From the NCBI GenBank assembly GCA_021817145.1, contig JAKAVV010000007.1:66957-130956 (forward strand): DNA of 64,000 bases. The letters are read 5' to 3'. Source of the stretch: a bacterium (GTDB lineage: Bacteria; Vulcanimicrobiota; JABDET01). The notes beneath the pieces are model-generated. The model was given only the letters and a program-made list of their open reading frames with translations, ran no database searches and was not told the origin of the DNA. Both the position numbers and the translations under genes were made by a program. How positions within the stretch are numbered: position 1 is the stretch's first letter; every line of letters starts with the position of its first letter. This document shows, piece after piece, positions 29,134 to 37,998 of this stretch.

Positions 29134-30471
29134 ATGCATAGACAGCCTGTTGGCAGCATCAATGATTCTGGCCACCTGGTTATCGGTGGCTGTGATACAG
29201 TAGAACTTACGAAGCAGTTTGGGACACCCCTTATTGTTCTGGATGAAGCTGTAATTCGTGAAAGCTGTCGGTTATATCGAGAAGCTTTCCGAAAACATTA
29301 TCCTCAAGGTCAAGTGGTTTACGCTGGGAAAGCGTTTTTGTGTACAGCCATGTGCCGCTTGGTAGAACAAGAAGGACTTTTCCTGGATGTGGTCAGTGGG
29401 GGGGAACTTTATACTGCCATGAAAGCGGAGTTTTCTCCCGAGAAGATCTTTTTTCATGGAAACAATAAAACTCAGGAAGAATTAGAAGCAGCGATTCAAT
29501 ATGGAGTTGGCAGAATTGTTGTGGACAATCCGTATGAATTAAGATTGCTCGAACCGTTAACCAAAAAGAAAAAAAAGCCAATTATTATTCATTTTAGAGT
29601 TACTCCAGGGGTTGAGGCTCATACCCATCATTCTATTCAAACAGGACAGTCAGACTCTAAGTTTGGTTTTTCTCTGCTGGATGATACTTTATTTAAAGAG
29701 ATTCGGAATGTGATACGGTTTCCAAGATTGAAATTAACAGGACTTCACTGTCATATCGGAAGCCAGATTTTTGACCAGAAAGCCTATCAGAAATCTATTG
29801 AAGTGATGCTGCGTTTAATCAAAAATATTAAAGTTAAAACAGGGGCAGTTGTCCAGGAATTGAATTTTGGCGGAGGACTTGGAGTTCGTTATACTCAAGA
29901 TGACGCCCCTCCCAGCATTGAAGAACATATTGAAATTGTTACTAAAACCGTTCGCCGTGAATCAACAGCCTTAGGGCTTCCCATGCCTATTTTGTATGAT
30001 GAACCTGGCCGTTCTATTGTTGCTAGAGCTGGGGTTACTCTTTATACAATTGGATCCATTAAAGAAATCCCCAAAATCAGGAAATACGTGTCTGTGGATG
30101 GAGGAATGTCAGATAATCCCAGGGTGGCTCTTTATGATGCGAAATATGAATCTGTTTTAGCGAATCGTTTTAAAGAATCCCAGACAGAAAAAGTAACAAT
30201 AGCAGGGAAATGCTGTGAATCAGGAGATATTTTGCAAAAAGACGTCATGCTTCCAAAAGTGAAGTCAGGGGATATTCTGGCGCTTTTCTCGACAGGCGCT
30301 TATCATTATGCTATGGCAAGCAATTACAATCGCCTTCCCAGACCTGCGGTAGTTCTTTGCAAAGAAGGGAAAGCTGAAGTTATTATTCGCCGCGAAACGT
30401 ATGATGATTTAATTGCTCGTGATGTGGTTCCTGATCACTTAAACCACAAAGTTCGAATCCGCAGCCGATGA
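29134..30471 (+). CDS. lysA: Diaminopimelate decarboxylase
   Basis: It is a fold-III PLP decarboxylase (YAGKAF..., GGGLGVRY, CESGD). At 445 aa it is LysA-like. Confidence 0.85.
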   Translation: MHRQPVGSINDSGHLVIGGCDTVELTKQFGTPLIVLDEAVIRESCRLYREAFRKHYPQGQVVYAGKAFLCTAMCRLVEQEGLFLDVVSGGELYTAMKAEFSPEKIFFHGNNKTQEELEAAIQYGVGRIVVDNPYELRLLEPLTKKKKKPIIIHFRVTPGVEAHTHHSIQTGQSDSKFGFSLLDDTLFKEIRNVIRFPRLKLTGLHCHIGSQIFDQKAYQKSIEVMLRLIKNIKVKTGAVVQELNFGGGLGVRYTQDDAPPSIEEHIEIVTKTVRRESTALGLPMPILYDEPGRSIVARAGVTLYTIGSIKEIPKIRKYVSVDGGMSDNPRVALYDAKYESVLANRFKESQTEKVTIAGKCCESGDILQKDVMLPKVKSGDILALFSTGAYHYAMASNYNRLPRPAVVLCKEGKAEVIIRRETYDDLIARDVVPDHLNHKVRIRSR

Positions 30472-30534
30472 AAATTGACGCCCTTTTTCCCCCGAAATCT
30501 TGATTTTGTTTTAGTTTTGTGAGATAATAGAAGG

Positions 30535-31164
30535 ATGAGGGTTCACTCTTTTGGTTTTACTCTTTTAGAGCTTATTGTGGTGATTGCTATTGTTGGGATT
30601 ATACTTTCCATTGCGATCCCTGAATGGAACCATCACGTCCAAATGGAAAATCTTCAGGATTCGACAAAATTGTTTGTTTCAGATCTGCAGAGGGCCGAAG
30701 CAAAAGCCAGGCAGCTTGAGGTTTCAGGAACAATTACATCGGCCCAGTCCAATCAGATTTTCAAGAATTTTCCCCATTCTATTGTCGCGATTAACGCTTT
30801 AACTGGACAAGTTTTGTTTTCTCAAGAGATTCCCGATAATATTGCCATGAATTTCAGCCCTACAACAGCCTTCCCTTGTTCTGGTTCTGTTGTTCTTCAA
30901 TTTCCAGAAGGAAATGGCGGAGCCTCTGTTCCTGGAGGGATCGGACTTTCTGCAAATGGAGGGGTATATGTATCCCCCAATGGTCTTCCTAATCTCTGCG
31001 GGTCCAATGAGAAAGCTGCTCCCTTTCGTGGTCCAAATCAGAATCAAACCTCAATTCAGATCACCTCTACTTATGGGTACCAGGTTCCTGTAATGTTAAC
31101 TCTTCAAAGTGGGAGTGTAATCCTTGGATCTCTGCAGATCGCAGTAGGGGGCGGTGGACCTTAA
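30535..31164 (+). CDS. Type IV pilin / pseudopilin-like protein (prepilin N-terminal domain)
   Basis: A prepilin peptidase site G|FTLLELIVV is followed by a hydrophobic helix. Confidence 0.65.
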   Translation: MRVHSFGFTLLELIVVIAIVGIILSIAIPEWNHHVQMENLQDSTKLFVSDLQRAEAKARQLEVSGTITSAQSNQIFKNFPHSIVAINALTGQVLFSQEIPDNIAMNFSPTTAFPCSGSVVLQFPEGNGGASVPGGIGLSANGGVYVSPNGLPNLCGSNEKAAPFRGPNQNQTSIQITSTYGYQVPVMLTLQSGSVILGSLQIAVGGGGP

Positions 31165-31171
31165 CTTTTTA

Positions 31172-32950
31172 TCAAGGCTCCCTTTGTTCTCTAGAATTTT
31201 CACTCACTCCATACAGTTGTATAGGGGTTTTTCTCCCGCGAAGCGAGATTTCTCCTAAAGATTGGCATTGAGACTGAAGAGCTGTCTCAAGTTTTTGGAA
31301 AGTGGCAGATGATAGAAGAATCGGATAATGAGGAAATCGTTTTGTTACATCTTGAATTCGTGAAGCCGTATTTACTGTATCTCCGATAACTGTGAATTCA
31401 GAGTGCTGTCTGCTTCCCACATCCCCCCATAAAACAGCCCCTGTATGGATTCCAATCCCAATTGAAAACTCAGGTTTTCCCGCTCCTCTCCAGATTTTGT
31501 TTTGGTCTTCAAGGATTTTAACCATTTCTTCTGCTGCTTGAAGAGCTTGTTCAGCATGCCTCTCAGTTTCTGTTAACCCGAATACTGCAAGGAACCCATC
31601 TCCTAAAAATTTATTGATATATCCTTTGTGGATCATAATGACAGTCCCCATGATTTCAAAAAACTCTTTGAGCTGAGTGACCAGGGCTTCAGGATTTGAA
31701 GATTCTGAAAGGGTTGTGAATCCTCTGATATCCAGAAACAGGATGGTTAACTCTTTTTTTGTTCCTGAGGGTGATAATAAATCCCGCTTCTGCGTAAGTT
31801 CTTTCATTACCTCAGGTCCCACATAATGAGTAAAAGCCCCCTTAATCCATGTTGATTCTTTCTCGGTTTGAAGATGTTTATAAATAAAAACAGGAAAATA
31901 ACTGATGATCAACCCTGACCAGAAAAATGCCACATTTACAAAAATCCCTTTTGAATGTTCCAGATATTCTGCTCCAAAATAAAGGTAATATCCGATGATC
32001 AGAACAAGAAGGCTGGTTAGAAATCCTCTCCCCTTTTTTTCTTCTAAAAGCATAACGGTTAAAGCCAAATTAAGGAAAAGCAAAAGCAGCAGCTGCCCTT
32101 TCCAGGAAGCCAGGTGAATAAAGTTTTTGTTTAAGAAATTTTCAGCTGCAAGAGCCTGAATAAAAACCCCTGGAACTCTCCCAACAGGGGTTAAATGAAC
32201 ATCATGGGCAGAAGGGTTTGTAAAACCGATAAAAACAAGTTTGTTTTTAAAAAATTGCGGTGAAACTTGATGCTTCATGACTTCCCTAAAAGAGTAACTG
32301 GGAAACAAGGTTGTCAAATTTTTTGAAAACCTGAGATGGAGCTGCTTCTGTAATAACGTTTCTGGATGGCGGGATAGGTACTGCCTTGCAGCTTCAAATC
32401 CAAAAGGGGCTAAATAAAAATTAGGATAAATGAGAATACTTCTTACCACCCCATCTGAATCAGGCTGGAAATTAGCATATCCAATTTTGCAGACTTTTGC
32501 AAAAATCTTATTATCAACCGAATATTGGATGGATACGATTTTCCCGCGATAAATTACAGGTCCAATAACAGTGGCTAAAACGATATTTCCGCATTTTTTA
32601 AAAATATGGGTTAGTTTTGCGTCATACGAAGTTTTTGCTGTGAAAAACATATCTAGAGCAGTGGTCTCAGCTCCTGCTTTTTTGAGCCACAAACATACTT
32701 TTCCGATTGTATGATATTCTAATTTTGGGGACCCGCCATGCTTCATGAACCACACGTTTGTGCCTGGTCCCCATTTGATAATCACAATATTGGAACTTGG
32801 TTTTCCAACATAACTTTTTTGAAACTTATCCCAAAGCGGCCAGTTCCAGGAATGGAGTAAACTTCGATAAGGGGAAGGGTAGAAAAACAGGAAACCCGAT
32901 AATAGGGTGGCAAAAATCCCCCAACTGAAAGTAAACCGCCATTTTTTCAT
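31172..32950 (-). CDS. CHASE2-sensor class III adenylate/guanylate cyclase
   Basis: An N-terminal periplasmic and transmembrane CHASE2-like region is present. The C-terminal cyclase core carries FLDIRGFTTLSE ... KFLGDGFLAVFG. Confidence 0.75.
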   Translation of the reverse strand: MKKWRFTFSWGIFATLLSGFLFFYPSPYRSLLHSWNWPLWDKFQKSYVGKPSSNIVIIKWGPGTNVWFMKHGGSPKLEYHTIGKVCLWLKKAGAETTALDMFFTAKTSYDAKLTHIFKKCGNIVLATVIGPVIYRGKIVSIQYSVDNKIFAKVCKIGYANFQPDSDGVVRSILIYPNFYLAPFGFEAARQYLSRHPETLLQKQLHLRFSKNLTTLFPSYSFREVMKHQVSPQFFKNKLVFIGFTNPSAHDVHLTPVGRVPGVFIQALAAENFLNKNFIHLASWKGQLLLLLFLNLALTVMLLEEKKGRGFLTSLLVLIIGYYLYFGAEYLEHSKGIFVNVAFFWSGLIISYFPVFIYKHLQTEKESTWIKGAFTHYVGPEVMKELTQKRDLLSPSGTKKELTILFLDIRGFTTLSESSNPEALVTQLKEFFEIMGTVIMIHKGYINKFLGDGFLAVFGLTETERHAEQALQAAEEMVKILEDQNKIWRGAGKPEFSIGIGIHTGAVLWGDVGSRQHSEFTVIGDTVNTASRIQDVTKRFPHYPILLSSATFQKLETALQSQCQSLGEISLRGRKTPIQLYGVSENSREQREP

Positions 32951-33099
32951 GTTTAGAAGAAATTCTCTAGGATTTAAAGATTTATCCTTTAAGTCAGTTT
33001 GGATTTAACTTGTCTGTTTGGATCTCAAGATACCTCCTTTAGGAGGATTTTCAATCTAGTGTGTGATAGATTATAATCAGAGTAGTAAGGAGGGATGAC

Positions 33100-34059
33100 A
33101 TGAAAAGGTTGATATTGTTCTTTTTATGCGTAGTTTTTTTAGGCGCATTTGCTCCTAAGGCAAAAGCAGGAGTTAACGTGAACATAAATGTGAATTTATT
33201 CCCTCAGTATGATGGCTTTGTTTCAGGGTATTATGGAATCCCTGAACCTGAGGTGGTCTATTATCAGGATAGACTCCACAGCTGGCAGGATGCAGCTACT
33301 TTATTTTTCTTGTCTCGGCTGACAGGATGTTATCCTCGAGTAATTTTAGGTTGGAGATTGGGAGGGATGCCCTGGGTCAGTATTGTTGCAAGACTGGGTG
33401 TGCCCTATAATGTTTTTTACGTCCCCTATGGTCCTTATGGTGATTATTTCATGAATCATGATGGTCCTCCTTATGGGAATGCTTGGGGATACTGGAGGAG
33501 AGGTCCTCGTGGAAGATTTCTTGCGCTTAATGATCAAGCAATTCGAAATCGAGTTTCTTTAATTATGACTTCTCAGTATTATCACATTCCTGTGCAGCAA
33601 GAGGCGGGATGGATTACAGAACACAGGGTTGGTTTTGGGAGATTAGTCCAGGAGCATTGGAGAGAAAGGAACCCTGGGTTTCGATTTGATAGAAGCGCAT
33701 TCGAGCATGGAGCGCGGATCCCTTTTTATAATGGGCGTGGTCCGCAAGGGCGTGGAAACCGTGGTCCGCAGTGGCAGAGGAATCAGGGTCCGCAAGGGCG
33801 TGGAAACCGTGGTCCGCAAGGTCGTGGAAATCGCGGTCCCCAGGGGCATGGAAATCATGGTCCCCAAGGTCGTGGAAATCATGGTCCCCAAGGGCATGGA
33901 AATCATGGTCCCCAAGGGCACGGAAATCGTGGTCCTCAAGGGCATGGAAATCGTGGTCCTCAAGGGCATGGAAATCGTGGTCCTCAAGGGCATGGAAATC
34001 GTGGTCCTCAAGGGCATGGAAATCGTGGTCCCCAGGGGCATGGAAATCATGGACATTAA
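33100..34059 (+). CDS. Secreted protein with a C-terminal GPQG(H/R)GN(R/H) octapeptide repeat array
   Basis: A signal peptide and a roughly 200-aa globular region precede about 14 tandem 8-aa repeats. Confidence 0.5.
   Translation: MKRLILFFLCVVFLGAFAPKAKAGVNVNINVNLFPQYDGFVSGYYGIPEPEVVYYQDRLHSWQDAATLFFLSRLTGCYPRVILGWRLGGMPWVSIVARLGVPYNVFYVPYGPYGDYFMNHDGPPYGNAWGYWRRGPRGRFLALNDQAIRNRVSLIMTSQYYHIPVQQEAGWITEHRVGFGRLVQEHWRERNPGFRFDRSAFEHGARIPFYNGRGPQGRGNRGPQWQRNQGPQGRGNRGPQGRGNRGPQGHGNHGPQGRGNHGPQGHGNHGPQGHGNRGPQGHGNRGPQGHGNRGPQGHGNRGPQGHGNRGPQGHGNHGH
33721..34056. repeat. 24-bp tandem repeat array (about 14 units) encoding GPQGHGNR
   Basis: Units such as ggtcctcaagggcatggaaatcgt are directly visible and carry small substitutions (H/R, cct/ccc). 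Confidence 0.85.
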
Positions 34060-34079
34060 CTTTAATTAGAAAAAATAGG

Positions 34080-34583
34080 CTAAACTAAAGGGGCAGGAGT
34101 TTGTTCCTGCTCCTTTTCTATTTCATGAGTCCCCGTCCCCTCATTATCGGGTTGGCGCTTTGCAAAAAGCCAGCGTTCTCCTCCGATAAGGCAGGCAAAA
34201 AATAAGAAAAAATAAGCCTGGTCAAGCCCTAGCAAACTGATAGGGGACCCATGCATCATCCAGTAGTTTGCCATCATTGTCATTCCCATCAATGCTGCAA
34301 ATCTTGCGAATACTCCTGCGGCAAGAGCAAGTCCAACCGCTGTTTCTCCTCCTGCAACTAGGACAGAGAATATCACAGGATGAGGTAAAACGGTTTTTGT
34401 CAAAAAATGTCTGTAAAATGGGAAAATTGTCGGAGTTTTTAAGCTGTATTGAATCATTCCAGTTAGAATTTTAGGATGAACAAGCCATCCCCCCATTATT
34501 TTTTGTATTCCATGAATGAGAAAAGCCATTCCTGTGTAAAATTGGATGAGTCGAATCCCCCAAACTGATGCTTTATTTGTCAT
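34080..34583 (-). CDS. DoxX-family membrane protein
   Basis: The ORF is 167 aa with 4 TM segments. LIHGIQKIMGGW is DoxX-like. Confidence 0.55.
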   Translation of the reverse strand: MTNKASVWGIRLIQFYTGMAFLIHGIQKIMGGWLVHPKILTGMIQYSLKTPTIFPFYRHFLTKTVLPHPVIFSVLVAGGETAVGLALAAGVFARFAALMGMTMMANYWMMHGSPISLLGLDQAYFFLFFACLIGGERWLFAKRQPDNEGTGTHEIEKEQEQTPAPLV

Positions 34584-34633
34584 AGATCACCTTTCTGTTT
34601 TAATATCGTTTATACTTCATCTATACTTCATCT

Positions 34634-34957
34634 TCATAAGTTTGCCATTTCTTTTTCAAGGCAGGGAAAACAGAAGTCAGAGTGGGCAGATGGATGAGTT
34701 TCAAAACTTTCCCCGCAAGATCTGCATACTCTCCATTCCAACAGTTTTTTTTCAGCAGTGAATGGTTCGCTCAAGGATGAGGGGGGGGGCAGATTAAAAA
34801 AGGTGAACCATTTTTCATCTAGCGGTGGGAAAATAGCTGGGAAAAATGCAAGTTTTTCTTCAAGACATTCAGGGCATAAAAGAGATAGAATCTCTCCTAT
34901 TTTAGTTCGGGATGAAATAAAGACTTCACCACACTCAATGCAAGGTCTTTCTTTCAC
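34634..34957 (-). CDS. Small zinc-ribbon protein (four CxxC pairs)
   Basis: The pairs are CIECG, CPEC, CRSCG and CFPC. The ORF is 107 aa. Confidence 0.4.
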   Translation of the reverse strand: MKERPCIECGEVFISSRTKIGEILSLLCPECLEEKLAFFPAIFPPLDEKWFTFFNLPPPSSLSEPFTAEKKLLEWRVCRSCGESFETHPSAHSDFCFPCLEKEMANL

Positions 34958-35735
34958 TTTTTTTAGTCACCTCTCGAAATACAGCATCTACGTAATCACA
35001 AGCCAGCGTTTTTTCACCTGGTGTGAAAAAACTATTTTTAAAAATCTCCTGGCAAAAATTTAAATAATAGAGATAAAATTCCTTTTCTAGAGTTTTGGTT
35101 CTGTCATCCAGGTTTACTGGCGTTGTTTTAAAACGATTTTTGAAAGACTCAAACGCTTCTTTTAAAGTGGCGGGATAGAGCTTTCTGTTGATCTTCATTG
35201 TTTTTGTTTTGAATTCTGACAGAGAAGAAGCAAGTGCAGAGAAATTGGTTTCTTGATTTGGATTTGAGGCAGCGCTTTCCCAGATAGAATCCAGAAGTTC
35301 TTTTGCCGCTTTTTTGTCTTCATCCAGGCTTTTGGGGCTGGTCCACAAAACCCATGCAAGGCGATGGTAAAATTCGGCAGTTGTTAGATCGCAGTCTTTT
35401 TGAACTTTTAAAATCAGTTCATTCAGGTTTTGCAGAAGTTTTTCAGTGGTTGTATTTTCAGCGGCATGGATCCCATATTCATTCATCACATTCGTTAAAC
35501 TTTTTTTTATTTTGGATAACACTGCAGGGTTTAAGATTTCTTTTGTTCTTTTCAAGCGCAGAAGTGCATTTAGGTTTTCTTTTAGATTTTTATACTCGTC
35601 AAGTTTAGTTTTAAGGCTTAAATCTCCACTTAAAATTTCCATTAAGCTGTTTTTTTTAGAAGAATCTTGATCCGATCTTCTTGAAAGGATATAATCGACA
35701 AATTGATTTCTGTTTTTAGGAGTATCGAATTTCAT
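34935..35735 (-). CDS. Hypothetical helical protein
   Basis: The ORF is 266 aa with no motif. It overlaps the downstream zinc-ribbon gene by 23 bp. Confidence 0.4.
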   Translation of the reverse strand: MKFDTPKNRNQFVDYILSRRSDQDSSKKNSLMEILSGDLSLKTKLDEYKNLKENLNALLRLKRTKEILNPAVLSKIKKSLTNVMNEYGIHAAENTTTEKLLQNLNELILKVQKDCDLTTAEFYHRLAWVLWTSPKSLDEDKKAAKELLDSIWESAASNPNQETNFSALASSLSEFKTKTMKINRKLYPATLKEAFESFKNRFKTTPVNLDDRTKTLEKEFYLYYLNFCQEIFKNSFFTPGEKTLACDYVDAVFREVTKKSERKTLH

Positions 35736-35791
35736 TGAATTTTACTATATTATACCATGGAAAAGGGATTCTGTAAAGTTAGGCGAAAAAA

Positions 35792-37366
35792 GTGATTCCT
35801 ATGAAAATGATAAAAAATATATCTCTTAAAATTCAAGTTTTTCTTTTATTTTTCTTCTCTTTTTCTCTGATTCTCCCTGGTGTTTTGCAAGCTGCTCCAC
35901 ATTCGCATCCGCGCAAAAAGAAACCATTTTCTTCTAAACTCAAAGAGCGCGAAGTCATCACTCAGCATAAAGTGGTGATTAATGGGGATGTTGTTCACTA
36001 CACAGCAGTTGCGGGAACGATTCTTTTAAGAAACAAGAAGTTAAAACCCATGGCAAGTATTTTTTACATTGCTTATTTTAAAAATGGAGTCAGAGATAAG
36101 AGTAACAGACCCATTACTTTTGCTTACAATGGTGGTCCTGGCTCTTCTTCAGTCTGGCTGCAGTTTGGAGGGATTGGACCAAGAAGATTAGCGCTTCCAA
36201 ATGCAAAATTTGAGCCCCCTCCTCCTTATACTCTTCAAAATAATAATGACTGTCTTTTAAATAAAACCGATCTGGTTTTTATCGATCCGGTTGGAACAGG
36301 GTACAGTCATACCATTGGGAAAGTAAGCCCCAAAAAATTTTGGGGGGTTGATCAAGATGTCCGCTCTTTTGGAGAGTTCATCCAAGATTTTTTAACTAAA
36401 TTTAATCGCTGGAATTCTCCAAAGTTTATTCTAGGTGAAAGTTATGGAACGACCCGTTCTGCTGCCCTGTCTTATTATCTTCAAGAACAAGGGATCCCAT
36501 TAAATGGAGTGATTCTCCTCTCTTCAATTTTAAACTGGGAAACCGCTTCTTTTGCTCCTGGGAATGATCTCCCTTATATTCTTTACCTCCCTTCTTATGC
36601 TTCAGTGGCATGGTATCACCATAAATTAACCCCTCGACCTAAAAATCTCCCCTTATTTTTGAATCAGGTAGAAAGATTTGCAACAGGGGAATATGCCAAA
36701 GCATTAATGGATGGAAACACTGTTCCCAAAGCTTTGGAGGAGAATGTTCTTGGCAAACTGACAAAGTACACAGGGCTTAAACGATCTTTCTGGAAAGAAG
36801 CCGATCTTCGTGTCAATAATTCAGAGTTTGAAAAGCAGCTGCTCCACAACCAGGGTTTTGAGCTGGGAAGATTAGATGCCAGATTTGAAGGGTATGCCCG
36901 CAGACCTGTTCTTCCATTCCGAACTTATTCCGTTCTAGGGGAAGCGATTTCAGGAGCTTTTACAACAGCAGCGAATAGCTACATTCGAAACAATTTAAAA
37001 TATATCAGTAAAAGACCGTATGTGGTGATGAGTAATAAAGCAATCGAGGAGTGGAGTTGGAAACATAAAATTCCGAACCAACTTTTTTACCATTCAGGTG
37101 GTTTTTTAAATGTGGCTCCTGATCTGGCTGTTGCGATGACACGAAACCCTCATCTGCAGTTAATGCAGAATAATGGGTATTTTGATCTGGGCACCCCTTT
37201 TTATGCGACTGTTTATACCTTGAATCATTTGCTTCTTCCAAAACCCTTAATTTCTCACATCCATATTTACAATTATTATTCAGGGCACATGATTTATTTA
37301 AACACTCAGGCTCTAAAACAGCTGCACCAGAACATCGATCATTTTATCGGTGCAGCAGCAAGATAA
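35792..37366 (+). CDS. Secreted S10-family serine carboxypeptidase-like protein
   Basis: A signal peptide is present. NGGPGSSS and GESYG match the S10 oxyanion and catalytic-Ser motifs GGPGCSS and GESYAG. Confidence 0.55.
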   Translation: MIPMKMIKNISLKIQVFLLFFFSFSLILPGVLQAAPHSHPRKKKPFSSKLKEREVITQHKVVINGDVVHYTAVAGTILLRNKKLKPMASIFYIAYFKNGVRDKSNRPITFAYNGGPGSSSVWLQFGGIGPRRLALPNAKFEPPPPYTLQNNNDCLLNKTDLVFIDPVGTGYSHTIGKVSPKKFWGVDQDVRSFGEFIQDFLTKFNRWNSPKFILGESYGTTRSAALSYYLQEQGIPLNGVILLSSILNWETASFAPGNDLPYILYLPSYASVAWYHHKLTPRPKNLPLFLNQVERFATGEYAKALMDGNTVPKALEENVLGKLTKYTGLKRSFWKEADLRVNNSEFEKQLLHNQGFELGRLDARFEGYARRPVLPFRTYSVLGEAISGAFTTAANSYIRNNLKYISKRPYVVMSNKAIEEWSWKHKIPNQLFYHSGGFLNVAPDLAVAMTRNPHLQLMQNNGYFDLGTPFYATVYTLNHLLLPKPLISHIHIYNYYSGHMIYLNTQALKQLHQNIDHFIGAAAR

Positions 37367-37398
37367 GAGTATAAAGCCGTCTATTTTCGTCAATTAAG

Positions 37399-37878
37399 CT
37401 ATTCTGACTGTTCGATGATGGCTACTGCGCCAGATGTCATCAGATCGCCAGCATGCCGTTTTTCAATTCGGATCAATTTTTCCGATTTGTTTCCTGTTCT
37501 TGTCCATTCAAGTGAACTTTTTTCCTGGCTGCTGGCAGTGATTCCAATTTCCAGAATATTGGTTTGATCATTTCGGAGGCTGCGATTCAATACAGCAGCA
37601 GTGAATCCTTTGGATAAAAGGGTAGAAGCTTGAATTTGTTCGTTATTCTGCAGCAAATCAAGTATTTCTTGCGTGGATCTGGCAGCATCCTCTGTTGTAA
37701 TTTTCCCATCTTTATCCATGTCTGTGAAAAGGGCAACATCTGATTCGTTCAGATATCCCTCTGGAGAATAGTCAATCCATGTAAGGATAACCCCATCTTT
37801 AATATTGATTTTATCTCGTGCTGCAACTCCTCCCATAAGAGGGAAAAAGCGGACAGGTCGTTCCACGGTTTTAGCCAT
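37399..37878 (-). CDS. Hypothetical protein
   Basis: The ORF is 159 aa. No motif was recognised. Confidence 0.35.
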   Translation of the reverse strand: MAKTVERPVRFFPLMGGVAARDKINIKDGVILTWIDYSPEGYLNESDVALFTDMDKDGKITTEDAARSTQEILDLLQNNEQIQASTLLSKGFTAAVLNRSLRNDQTNILEIGITASSQEKSSLEWTRTGNKSEKLIRIEKRHAGDLMTSGAVAIIEQSE

Positions 37879-37998
37879 TTTTGCTTCCTCCTTTATCTTG
37901 GTTTAATGGATTAGTTTCTAAGCAGGTCTTTCCATTCCTTTTCTGCAGTTGATTTGTCTTGGAGGGAGACGATCTCGGGGCCTGGAAATATTCTTTGA

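Noticed and set aside
33721-34056. The repeat protein was considered as collagen-like.
   Set aside because: The Gly spacing is not every third residue (GPQ-GHG-NRG-PQG), so the period is 8 aa, not Gly-X-Y.
33643-34088. Several ORFs on both strands inside the repeat array were considered (minus-strand 137 aa, plus-strand 127 aa and 105 aa, with 'MEIMVPKG' and 'SWKSWSPR' repeats).
   Set aside because: They are frame-shifted or antisense readings of the same 24-bp minisatellite. Only the frame continuous with the signal-peptide-bearing N-terminal domain (33100..34059) is a coherent gene.
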